From NCBI GenBank assembly GCA_035934535.1, contig DASYXS010000020.1:357-64356 (forward strand): a DNA stretch of 64,000 bases, given 5' to 3'. Under the pieces are notes generated by a model, which saw nothing but the letters and a program-made list of their open reading frames with translations, was not told the DNA's origin and searched no databases. The stretch comes from a bacterium (GTDB lineage: Bacteria > Sysuimicrobiota > Sysuimicrobiia > Sysuimicrobiales > Segetimicrobiaceae). Position 1 is the first letter of the stretch. The number at the start of each line of letters is the position of its first letter. A program made the position numbers and the translations under genes. Shown in pieces: positions 45,184 to 53,245 of this stretch.

Positions 45184-46791
45184 ATGAGTTTGCAGGTCAA
45201 GCTCGTCCTCCTGTTCTTGTTCCTCGAGGACTTCATTTTTGGCGTCTTCCTGTTCCTCGTGCGGCGCGGGACGTTGGTGCAGCAGAGCACCGTGTGGACC
45301 GGCCTGCTGCTCTCCGCCGTCGGGGTGGGCCTCGCGGCGTGGCTGGCGCGCGGGCTCGTTCAGCCCCTCCGCAGCCTGGTCGGCGCGGCCCGGAAGATCG
45401 CGCAGGGCGACCTCGACGTGCGTCTGCAGGTTACGACGAAGGACGAGGTGGGGCTCCTCGCGGACGCGTTCAACCGCATGGCCGCCAGCCTCAAGGCCAC
45501 CGTCGAAGCCCTGAACCGCAAGGTCCGCGAATCGCAGACGCTGTACGAGATCAGCCGCGAGGTCAACGGGCAGGTGGCCTATGAGCCGACCCTCGATCTC
45601 ATCGCGGAGCAGGCGCAGCATCTGCTCGGGGCCGACGCGGGGCTGGTCGCCCTTCGCCAGGGCGAGACCGACGTGTTCACCACCCAGGCCGTGAGCGGCC
45701 ACATCGCCGACAGTTTTGCGGGCACGCACTTCACGCTGAACGGATCTCTCGGCGAGCGCGTCTTGAGTTTCGGGACCCCGGCCGCCGCGGACGGCGATGC
45801 CGGCCGCACCCACCCTCACCCGGAAGCCGCGCTGCCATCGGTGCTCGGCGTGCCCCTTCGGGTCCACGATCGCGTGATCGGCGTGTTGTACGCGGCCAGC
45901 CGGGAGCCCGACAAATTCGACGTCGACGCCGAGCGGCTGCTCGCCGCGCTCGGCGACCAGGCCGCCATCGCCATCGAAACCGCCCGGCTGCACGACGATG
46001 TGAAGGCCTACGCGCGGGAACTCGAAGCCATGGTGGCGCTGCGAACGCGCGAGCTCAAAGATCTGAACGACCAGCTGACGGAAGCATCGCAGCACAAGTC
46101 CCAGTTCCTGGCGAACATGAGCCACGAGCTGCGCACCCCGTTGAACGCGATTCTGGGGTATACGGAGTTGATCCTGGATGACATCTACGGCGCCGTTCCG
46201 GACAAAATCCGGGACGTCTTGGGGCGCATGCAGCTGAGCGGCCGTCATCTCCTCCGGCTGATCAACGACGTGCTCGATCTCTCCAAAATCGAGGCCGGCC
46301 GGGCCTCGCTGTCGCTCGGCGATTACTCGATGCGGGCCGTCGTCCAGACGGTCTTCACCGCGGTCGAGTCCCTGGCCAAGGAGAAGAAGATCGCGCTCAC
46401 GGTCTCCCTGCCGAACGATTTGCCCCCGGGCCGGGGGGACGAGCGGCGCATCACTCAGGTTTTGTTGAACCTGGTCGGCAACGCCATCAAATTCACGGAG
46501 ACGGGCGAGGTGCGTATCGAAGCGTCCGCGCGCGACGCGGAGTTCCAGGTCACGGTCGCGGACTCCGGCCCCGGCATCGCGGAAGCCGACCGCCAGCGGG
46601 TGTTCGAGGAGTTCCAGCAGGTGGACAACACCAGCACCCGCAACAAGGGCGGCGCCGGGCTCGGCCTCGCCATTGCGAAGCGGATCGTGGAGTGGCACGG
46701 CGGGCGGATCTGGGTCACGTCACGGCTCGGCGAAGGGTCGACGTTCGGATTCACCCTGCCGATTCGCGTCGAGACGGCCGGTGCGGCGTGA
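45184..46791 (+). CDS. Sensor histidine kinase (2 TM, HAMP, GAF, HisKA, HATPase_c)
   Basis: 535 aa. HAMP block DEVGLLADAFNRMAASL, then a GAF region, H-box SHELRTPLNAILGYTELIL, N box LLNLVGNAIKFT, G boxes DSGPGI and GGAGLGLAI. Confidence 0.9.
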   Translation: MSLQVKLVLLFLFLEDFIFGVFLFLVRRGTLVQQSTVWTGLLLSAVGVGLAAWLARGLVQPLRSLVGAARKIAQGDLDVRLQVTTKDEVGLLADAFNRMAASLKATVEALNRKVRESQTLYEISREVNGQVAYEPTLDLIAEQAQHLLGADAGLVALRQGETDVFTTQAVSGHIADSFAGTHFTLNGSLGERVLSFGTPAAADGDAGRTHPHPEAALPSVLGVPLRVHDRVIGVLYAASREPDKFDVDAERLLAALGDQAAIAIETARLHDDVKAYARELEAMVALRTRELKDLNDQLTEASQHKSQFLANMSHELRTPLNAILGYTELILDDIYGAVPDKIRDVLGRMQLSGRHLLRLINDVLDLSKIEAGRASLSLGDYSMRAVVQTVFTAVESLAKEKKIALTVSLPNDLPPGRGDERRITQVLLNLVGNAIKFTETGEVRIEASARDAEFQVTVADSGPGIAEADRQRVFEEFQQVDNTSTRNKGGAGLGLAIAKRIVEWHGGRIWVTSRLGEGSTFGFTLPIRVETAGAA

Positions 46792-47156
46792 TGGGCGGGC
46801 GCATTCTGGTCACCGAGGACAACGAAGACAACCGGCGCACCATGCACGATCTCCTCGTCAGCGCCGGGTACGAGGTGTACGAGGCGCTGACGGGCGCCGA
46901 GGGCGTCAGCATGGCCGGGGCCCAGCGTCCCGATCTGATCCTCATGGACATCCAGCTGCCTGTCTTCGACGGGTACGAGGCGACGCGGCGGATCAAAGCC
47001 GATCCGGCGCTCCGCGGCATTCCGATCATCGCGGTCACCTCGTATGCGCTCGGCGGCGACGAGGTGAAGGCGCGCGAGGCGGGCTGCGACGGCTATGTGG
47101 CCAAGCCCTTCAGTCCGCGCCAGCTGCTGGCCAAGGTTCGCGAGTACCTCCCCTGA
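46791..47156 (+). CDS. Single-domain response regulator (CheY-like receiver)
   Basis: The ATG overlaps the kinase TGA (TGATG). ILVTEDNEDN, phospho-acceptor LILMDIQLP, AVTSYA, KPF. Confidence 0.9.
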   Translation: MGGRILVTEDNEDNRRTMHDLLVSAGYEVYEALTGAEGVSMAGAQRPDLILMDIQLPVFDGYEATRRIKADPALRGIPIIAVTSYALGGDEVKAREAGCDGYVAKPFSPRQLLAKVREYLP

Positions 47157-47174
47157 CCGCGCCGGAAGGCCGCC

Positions 47175-48299
47175 GTGAGAACGCCGCCGCTTATCTTGAT
47201 CGCCGACGATAACCCGATGAACGTGGACGTCCTGCAGGCCCGGCTGGCGGCCCATGACTACGAGCTGGTGACCGCCGCGGACGGTGAGCAGGCGCTCGCG
47301 GCGGCGCGCGAGCACCTTCCGGACCTGATTTTGCTGGACGTGGACATGCCCAAGATGGACGGCCTCGAGGTGTGCCGCCGGCTGCGCGGAGACGATACCC
47401 TGCCGTTCATGCCGATCATCATGGTCACCGCCAAGGCCGACTCCGCCGACGTCGTCGCCGGGCTGGACGCCGGCAGCGACGAGTATCTCACCAAGCCGTT
47501 CGACGGAGCCGCCTTGGTGGCCCGGGTCAAGTCGATGCTGCGGATCAAAGCGCTGCACGACACCGTGCAGGCGCAGGCGGCGCAGCTGAGCGAGTGGAAC
47601 CGGACCTTGGAGCAGCGGGTCGCCGCGCAGGTGAGCGAGATCGAGCGGATGAACGGCCTCCGGCGCTTTCTGTCCCCCCAGATCGCGGAGGTCATTCTCT
47701 CCGCCGGGACCGACAAGATCCTCGAGAGCCACCGGCGCGAGATCACCGTCGCCTTCTGCGATCTCCGCGGCTTCACGACGTTTTCGGAGACCGCGGAGCC
47801 CGAAGAGCTGATGGGCGTTCTCCACGAGTACCACCGCGTTCTCGGCGAGGAGATCTTCCGCTTCGAGGGGACGCTGGAGCGCTTCGCGGGGGACGGTCTC
47901 ATGATCTTTTTCAACGATCCCGTGCCGTGTCCGGATCCCGCGCTGCGGGCCGTCCGTATGGCCGTCGAGATGCGGACCCGCGTGACGGCGCTCGCCGGCG
48001 CGTGGCGCAAGCGCGGCCACCAGCTGGGGTTCGGCATGGGCATCGCGCTTGGCTACGCAACCCTCGGGCGGATCGGGTTTGTGGGACGGTCCGACTACGG
48101 CGCGATCGGCACCGTCACGAACCTCGCCGCCCGGCTGTGCAGCGAAGCCGAGGCCGGCCAGATCCTCATCAGCCAGCGCGTCCACACGATGATCGAAGAC
48201 GCGGTGGAGGCGGAGCCGTTGGGCGACCTGACGCTCAAAGGATTGTCCAGGCCGGTCAGCGTCTTCAACGTGCTTCGTCTTCGGGAGACGGCCGGCTGA
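47175..48299 (+). CDS. Response-regulator receiver fused to a class III adenylate/guanylate cyclase
   Basis: 374 aa, GTG start after GGAAGG. Receiver blocks ILIADDNPMN, LILLDVDMP, KPF. A coiled linker follows, then cyclase blocks VAFCDLRGFT, FAGDGLMIFF, GAIGTVTNLAARL. Confidence 0.9.
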   Translation: MRTPPLILIADDNPMNVDVLQARLAAHDYELVTAADGEQALAAAREHLPDLILLDVDMPKMDGLEVCRRLRGDDTLPFMPIIMVTAKADSADVVAGLDAGSDEYLTKPFDGAALVARVKSMLRIKALHDTVQAQAAQLSEWNRTLEQRVAAQVSEIERMNGLRRFLSPQIAEVILSAGTDKILESHRREITVAFCDLRGFTTFSETAEPEELMGVLHEYHRVLGEEIFRFEGTLERFAGDGLMIFFNDPVPCPDPALRAVRMAVEMRTRVTALAGAWRKRGHQLGFGMGIALGYATLGRIGFVGRSDYGAIGTVTNLAARLCSEAEAGQILISQRVHTMIEDAVEAEPLGDLTLKGLSRPVSVFNVLRLRETAG

Positions 48300-48306
48300 C
48301 CCTGCC

Positions 48307-49140
48307 TCAGAAACTCGCGCCGACCGCGATGAACGGGCCCTCCCACTGGGTGTGGCACGGACAGATGGCAACGCCCGAGATGCGCAGGTCATTCTGAATC
48401 TCCCGAACGAACCGGTAACCGACCTCGACGTTCCAGCGCGCTGCCGACGTGTAGCGCACGCTGGCCTGCGCGTCCCAGCCGGTGCCGGTGGCGGTGGCCG
48501 ACTGCGTGCTGCCGTTGACCGGCCCGGATACCGTCGTGCTGACCGATGGCGCATAGGCGACCCCGGCGTTGAGCCACCATCCCGACTGGAACGGGTAGGA
48601 AAAGTCAAACCCGACGCGCGGGCCGGTGCTGTCCGCGGTGAGCGACGCGGATCCGAGGCCGAGGAGGTTCCCGGCGTACAGGCTTCCCTTCGCCTCGCCG
48701 TAGCCGATGAACGCTCGGAAGGTCACGGGCAGTAAAGGGTTCTCCGGAAGGGGACGCTGCACCAAGTATGATACGTCGGCGCTCCAGATGGTGTCGGTGC
48801 CGCCGAGCGACAGTCCAACCGGGGCCGCACCGGCAAACGCCCAATTTCCCTCGCTGCCGGTGACCCCGTTGAGATGGACTCCCCAGTGCGACCGCGTGTC
48901 CGCCCGGAAATCAATTCCGTACAGTTGCGAAGTCCACGTGTCCAGGTTGCCGCCGCCCGGCGCGGAGAAAAATTCCGAGGATGACGCCCAATACACACCT
49001 TGGATCGTGTACGTCACCGGCGAGACCCTGGTGTTGATCGGCACGGTGTACGTCACCGACGATTGCGCGGAGACCGGGACCGGAGCCGCACAGAGGGCGA
49101 GAACGACGCCGATGACGAGAGGGAGCGATGCCCCCCTCAT
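48307..49140 (-). CDS. Putative outer-membrane beta-barrel protein
   Basis: Track ORF trimmed to ATG 49140. Signal peptide MRGASLPLVIGVVLALCAAPVPVSAQ, alternating-hydrophobicity strands rich in G/S/T/Y, and a terminal ...IAVGASF (C-terminal Phe). Confidence 0.6.
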   Translation of the reverse strand: MRGASLPLVIGVVLALCAAPVPVSAQSSVTYTVPINTRVSPVTYTIQGVYWASSSEFFSAPGGGNLDTWTSQLYGIDFRADTRSHWGVHLNGVTGSEGNWAFAGAAPVGLSLGGTDTIWSADVSYLVQRPLPENPLLPVTFRAFIGYGEAKGSLYAGNLLGLGSASLTADSTGPRVGFDFSYPFQSGWWLNAGVAYAPSVSTTVSGPVNGSTQSATATGTGWDAQASVRYTSAARWNVEVGYRFVREIQNDLRISGVAICPCHTQWEGPFIAVGASF

Positions 49141-49280
49141 GGACGTCCTCTCAGGCCACGCGATGACACCATGGCAGGAAGTTTCGCGGTTCCTCAATTT
49201 CGCACCTCCGCACGGACGAGCTGAACGGCCTGAGAGGCCGCGCCTGTGCGCCATCGCGGGCGGGTCGAAGCGCCTGAAAT

Positions 49281-49307
49281 CAATGCCGCGCGGTCCCTCG
49301 GGTTCCC
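49281..49307. repeat. 27-nt element, copy 1 of 2 (partner at 55667-55693)
   Basis: AATGCCGCGCGGTCCCTCGGGTTCCCT, 25 of 27 identical to the partner by direct comparison. Located 140-170 nt upstream of the minus-strand barrel-protein start. Confidence 0.7.
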
Positions 49308-49455
49308 TGCTGCGACGCCGCAGGCCGGCGTCCGAAAGTCGGTTCGGCGGGGCATCATGATGCCGAGGCCCTGAGTCGCCCGGGTCCGGCGCGACGCGAG
49401 TTCCTCGTTGCGGCGCCGCGGCCGGATCGGGCAGGACCCGCGACGGAGGGGGAAC

Positions 49456-49797
49456 ATGCGCGCACGCCCGCTGTCCGTGCTCGTGATCGCGATCCTGCTC
49501 ATCGTCAGCATCTTGGGCCTGGGCATCGCGGAGGCTCAACTGGACACCGGTGAGTCGTACTGGGGCGAGCACATGATAAACGGGATCTTCCATCTGTGGC
49601 CGGCCGTGGTGATCGCAATCCTCATCGGACTCTTGGCCGGCGGGATGTTCGGACTGTACGAATTGGATGCCGCGACCATGCTGTTCTTGCTGGCGGCCTC
49701 GGCCTTTCTCGCCTACCATTTCTATTGGCAACCGGCCCACCCGGCCTCGGTGCTGTCTCCGGATTCCGGTCGTCTAAGATCGCCGCGGGCCGGGTAG
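49456..49797 (+). CDS. Small membrane protein (3 predicted TM helices)
   Basis: ATG 49456 preceded by GGAGGGGGAA. Hydrophobic spans SVLVIAILLIVSILGLGIA, WPAVVIAILIGLLAGGMFGL, MLFLLAASAFLAY. No family recognised. Confidence 0.45.
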   Translation: MRARPLSVLVIAILLIVSILGLGIAEAQLDTGESYWGEHMINGIFHLWPAVVIAILIGLLAGGMFGLYELDAATMLFLLAASAFLAYHFYWQPAHPASVLSPDSGRLRSPRAG

Positions 49798-49907
49798 CAC
49801 ACAACTTAGCGAGAGGCCGGCTCCACCTCAAACGCGCGGGATGAAGCGCGCCGCCCGCCGGCGCCGCGCCGACCCGACGGACTGATTCCTACGGACGAGC
49901 TGCGGGC

Positions 49908-51746
49908 ATGAGACACATGGTGGACCCACAAGCGACGGTCGAAACGCCGGAGGGCGCCACGCCGGCTGAATCCCCCGTCGCGGCGATCGCGCGCGCCCTG
50001 CTTGTCTTGACCGAGGCGGACCACGCCGCGATCTTCTTCCGTTCGCCGACCGGCATCGTGACCTGCCCGTGGTCGCACAACCTATCCGAACGGTACGTCG
50101 CCGAACTCGTCACTCCGAACGGCGTCAACCCCTGGATTCACATCCTCCGGCATCCGGAGCTCACATGCATGGATCTGCCGAAGGCCCGGCGGAGGGCCGA
50201 TCCCGCGCCGTGGATCGTGCGCGACGTTCTTGAATTGTCGTCCGATCACGCCGCGCTCGTTGACCGGTTCGTACGCGAAAACCTTCGGTCGATGTGCGTG
50301 TGGCCGCTCAGCCGGGCCGGCCGGGTCGTCGCCGCCCTTGCATATTACTACGACGCGCCGCACGAGTACTCCGAGGAAGACCAGGAGGGCATGCGTGCGT
50401 TCGCCGCGCAGGCGACGACGGCCCTCGGCGAGGGGATCGCCCAGAGCATCGGCGACGCCGCACGTGGAGCCGGTGAACGCATCGACACACACACACCGCC
50501 CGCCGGCGGACCGGCGGCGCAGCACACCCCCGCCGCCGCACAGACCGGGCCCGGAGCGGACCGGGCATCGCTGGAGGCCGAGCAGCGTCGCCTTGCCGAC
50601 GCGCAGGCGGCGCTCGCACAGCAAAACGAACGTCTGGAACAAGCACGGCGAATGCTGGAGGCCGACACAGACCGGCTCGCGGGCGAACGGAAGAAGCTCG
50701 CAACGGCGTGGCAGGAAGTGGAGGCCGCTCAAGCACGGGGGCGCGACGCGCGCGCGGGGATCACCGCGGAGCAGCAGCGGCTGGCGGATGCCCACCGCCG
50801 GCTCGAGACCGAGCGGGCGCAGCTGGTGGAAGCTCGTGCGGCCCTCGATGCTGAAAGAGCGCGCCGCGAAAGCGCTGGGGCCGAGCAGGCCGCGGCCCGG
50901 ATCGACGCGACAGACGAGGAGGCGCGCCTCTCGGAAAGTCGACGCCTGCTGCACGAGGAGAACGTTCGCCTCGAAGCGCTGCGACGAGACCTGGATGCGG
51001 AAAGAGCCCGGCTCGCCGGCGACCGGGCCTCGCTCGAGGCGGAGCGGCAGGCACTGGACACGGAGCGCGCGCGGGCGGCGCAGACGCAGACACAGCCGGA
51101 GGCCGAGGACGTCGCGCAAACGCAGCCCCCGGAGGCCGGCGCGACGACCTATCGCAGCCTGGTCGAGCGGGCCGGGGCGGCGAATGTACCGGATGACGAC
51201 GCGCGGATCGTCGCCGTGGCGCGGCGTCTGGATGCGCACAACGGCCATGTCGCGGACTTCAGCAAACGTCTGGCTGAGTGGGCGGTGGCGCTCGCGCGTG
51301 CGCTTCGGTGCTCCGATCCGGAGATCCTATCCACGCGCCGCGCCGCGCTTCTCCACGACATCGGCAAGATCGACGTACCCGAAGCGACGCTGAAAAAGGC
51401 GGCGGGCCTGACGGACGATGAGCGGAACATGTTCGAAAGAGAGCCCGCCGTCGCCCATCGGATGCTCAAAGACGTCGAAGGATTGGGCGACGTTGCGGCG
51501 ATTCTCCGCCACCGGTTTGAGCGCTGGGACGGCGCCGGACGTCCGGACCGGCTCAAAGGAGACGCAATCCCTCTGGGCGCGCGGATCTTGTCCGTCGTGG
51601 ATGCCTACGGCGAGATGATCACGGGCCGCCCGGGCGTTCCGAAGCTGTATTATCGCGACGCGATCGCCGCGCTTCGGCGTGAATCTGGGGTCCGGTTCGA
51701 TCCGGAGATTGCCGCCGCGTTCTGCCGCATTGTCGCGCACGGATAG
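49908..51746 (+). CDS. GAF-like domain, long coiled coil, HD-GYP-type phosphohydrolase
   Basis: 612 aa. The ~190-aa central Ala/Arg/Glu-rich repeat region contains AEQRRLADAQAAL / AEQQRLADAHRRL / LDAERARLAGDRASLEAERQAL. C-terminal HD block AALLHDIGKIDVP and RHRFERWDGAGRPDRL. Confidence 0.85.
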   Translation: MRHMVDPQATVETPEGATPAESPVAAIARALLVLTEADHAAIFFRSPTGIVTCPWSHNLSERYVAELVTPNGVNPWIHILRHPELTCMDLPKARRRADPAPWIVRDVLELSSDHAALVDRFVRENLRSMCVWPLSRAGRVVAALAYYYDAPHEYSEEDQEGMRAFAAQATTALGEGIAQSIGDAARGAGERIDTHTPPAGGPAAQHTPAAAQTGPGADRASLEAEQRRLADAQAALAQQNERLEQARRMLEADTDRLAGERKKLATAWQEVEAAQARGRDARAGITAEQQRLADAHRRLETERAQLVEARAALDAERARRESAGAEQAAARIDATDEEARLSESRRLLHEENVRLEALRRDLDAERARLAGDRASLEAERQALDTERARAAQTQTQPEAEDVAQTQPPEAGATTYRSLVERAGAANVPDDDARIVAVARRLDAHNGHVADFSKRLAEWAVALARALRCSDPEILSTRRAALLHDIGKIDVPEATLKKAAGLTDDERNMFEREPAVAHRMLKDVEGLGDVAAILRHRFERWDGAGRPDRLKGDAIPLGARILSVVDAYGEMITGRPGVPKLYYRDAIAALRRESGVRFDPEIAAAFCRIVAHG

Positions 51747-51752
51747 GATCAC

Positions 51753-51781
51753 GAGCCGGTCGCGGAGAGCCGCGCCGGCTC
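51753..51781. terminator. Strong hairpin between convergent genes (bidirectional terminator candidate)
   Basis: GAGCCGG-t-CGCGG-agag-CCGCG-CCGGCTC, 12 bp with one bulge. Lies between the stop at 51746 (+) and the stop at 51782 (-). Confidence 0.5.
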
Positions 51782-52312
51782 CTACTGCGCGGCGCAGGCG
51801 CTTGCGAACGGCAGCATGCCCGAGGAGGCCGGCAGGTACTGGTAGTGGGCCCGCAGGTATCGTGTCACATTGGGCAACCACGCCTGATTCAAATGCGTGG
51901 GATCGTTCGCCGCCGCCAGCGGCGCATACCGGTCCCGGAGGAACACCAGAAAGTCGTCGGGGCGTCCCCGGCGCACCCACTCCGCGTACCATTGGTGCAC
52001 CAGATCGGCCGTGGCCACCCGCGCCACGTTCTCCGGCACCGCCGCATGCCCCCCGTACGCCCGCGCCAGCGCCTCGTTGCCGAACGACGGCACCTGTTCG
52101 GCGTAGTGGATGCCCTCCACAATGTCTTCGGGGTGGGTGAGGTAGATCAGTTCCCCAAACCCCAGAGCGACCGGCACGGAGGCCGGGGTCGCGTGATACG
52201 TGAATCGCGCCGTGTCGAGACGTGCGGCGTACCCGTCGAACCGGGCCAAGTGTCCGGCGGACCCGATGAACACCACCGAGGCCGCCAAGAACATCCATCG
52301 CTTCCACGTCAT
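51782..52312 (-). CDS. Hypothetical membrane-anchored or secreted protein
   Basis: Trimmed to ATG 52312, preceded by GAGGTGA. N-terminal MTWKRWMFLAASVVFIGSAG and coding-like composition. No family recognised. Confidence 0.55.
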   Translation of the reverse strand: MTWKRWMFLAASVVFIGSAGHLARFDGYAARLDTARFTYHATPASVPVALGFGELIYLTHPEDIVEGIHYAEQVPSFGNEALARAYGGHAAVPENVARVATADLVHQWYAEWVRRGRPDDFLVFLRDRYAPLAAANDPTHLNQAWLPNVTRYLRAHYQYLPASSGMLPFASACAAQ

Positions 52313-52520
52313 GGCAATCACCTCAAGCAACGTGCGCCGTTCGGCGATTGACCTGCGCCGTGGGCGAATCGTAAACCTAAGCCCCGCCGAGACCAAGAGG
52401 ATAGACCCCCAGCATCAGACCCTACCGCGGGGGGCTAACCTCTCTCCTTGAGCATGAGACTTCCAACGAGGTGTTCCTAAAGTTGGCGGAAATCGTCGTC
52501 GAGACCGCGTCACCGCGCGC

Positions 52521-52853
52521 CTAGAGTGGATGCCTGCTGAACGCTTCAAGCAGGTACCGAAGCGCGTAGCGCGCGACGATTACTCCTTGAGCGACCGGCA
52601 GCAGACCGCACACGATGGCGGGCACATGCAGGCGAAACCGGTGCAGCACGATTGCGCCGACGAGGGTGACCACCGCGACGGGGGGCAACGCCTTGGCGAG
52701 GAACAGTTCCGTGGCGGACGGGTACGGGCCAAGTACCGGATCGAGGAACCCCAGATAGGTGAGGAATACCAAATCGACGAGGACCAAGATGCCGGACACG
52801 AACACCCAGAGAATGATCAGACCCGCAATTTCCGAACGCGGAAGTTTCGGCAT
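52521..52853 (-). CDS. Small membrane protein
   Basis: Trimmed to ATG 52853, preceded by GAGGGGAG. 110 aa with three hydrophobic spans (IAGLIILWVFVSGILVLVDLVFL, LPPVAVVTLVGAIVL, PAIVCGLLPVAQGVIV). Confidence 0.5.
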   Translation of the reverse strand: MPKLPRSEIAGLIILWVFVSGILVLVDLVFLTYLGFLDPVLGPYPSATELFLAKALPPVAVVTLVGAIVLHRFRLHVPAIVCGLLPVAQGVIVARYALRYLLEAFSRHPL

Positions 52854-52892
52854 GGTGGCTCCCCTCGGGCTGCCGGACCTGCCTCGGAATGT

Positions 52893-52931
52893 CACCCCCG
52901 GCGGCGATTTTGTTGCGTGGGCCGCGATTCC
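52893..52931 (+). repeat. Intergenic ~45-nt element family, diverged copy E
   Basis: CACCCCCGGCGGCGATTTTGTTGCGTGGGCCGCGATTCC shares the blocks CGGCGG, GATTTTG and GGCCGCGA, in the same order and orientation, with copy A. The central part is shorter. Confidence 0.35.
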
Positions 52932-53245
52932 TTCCATACGATCCACAGATCCGCGCCTCCCACCGTTCTCGGCCGGTTCTCTGAGATAGAGGCGTTGGAC
53001 GGCAGGTGTCCGGCAGGGGATGAGACTAAGCCGGACGGACACGATGAGCGGGCCCATCCTCCGAGCGGCGGAGGCGTCTGACGGAGAGTATCCGAGTTAC
53101 CGCCGTAGTGGAACATATTCACGAGATCGGTTTGTATTTTCGGCGTCGCCCTTGGCGGGTTCCGCGTTTTACCCCACCCCCTCGAGTCACTCGCCTTATT
53201 GCGTGAAGCGGCCTACGTCGCACGGACCGGGCGATCTGTAGTACC

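Noticed and set aside
49290-49400. A guanidine-I (ykkC) riboswitch-like series on the plus strand upstream of the small membrane protein: GGGUUCC, a hairpin, GUCCGAAAG, CGGCGGGG, GCCCGGG in the consensus order.
   Set aside because: The P3 region would carry a ~30-nt insertion including a 14-nt palindrome (GGCAUCAUGAUGCC). GUCCGAAAG deviates from GGUCCGAGAG. The GGGUUCC block is part of the duplicated 27-mer also found at 55667, where no such context exists. The downstream protein is not an SMR/Gdx-type or other known guanidine-regulon member. A cmsearch with RF00442 would settle it.
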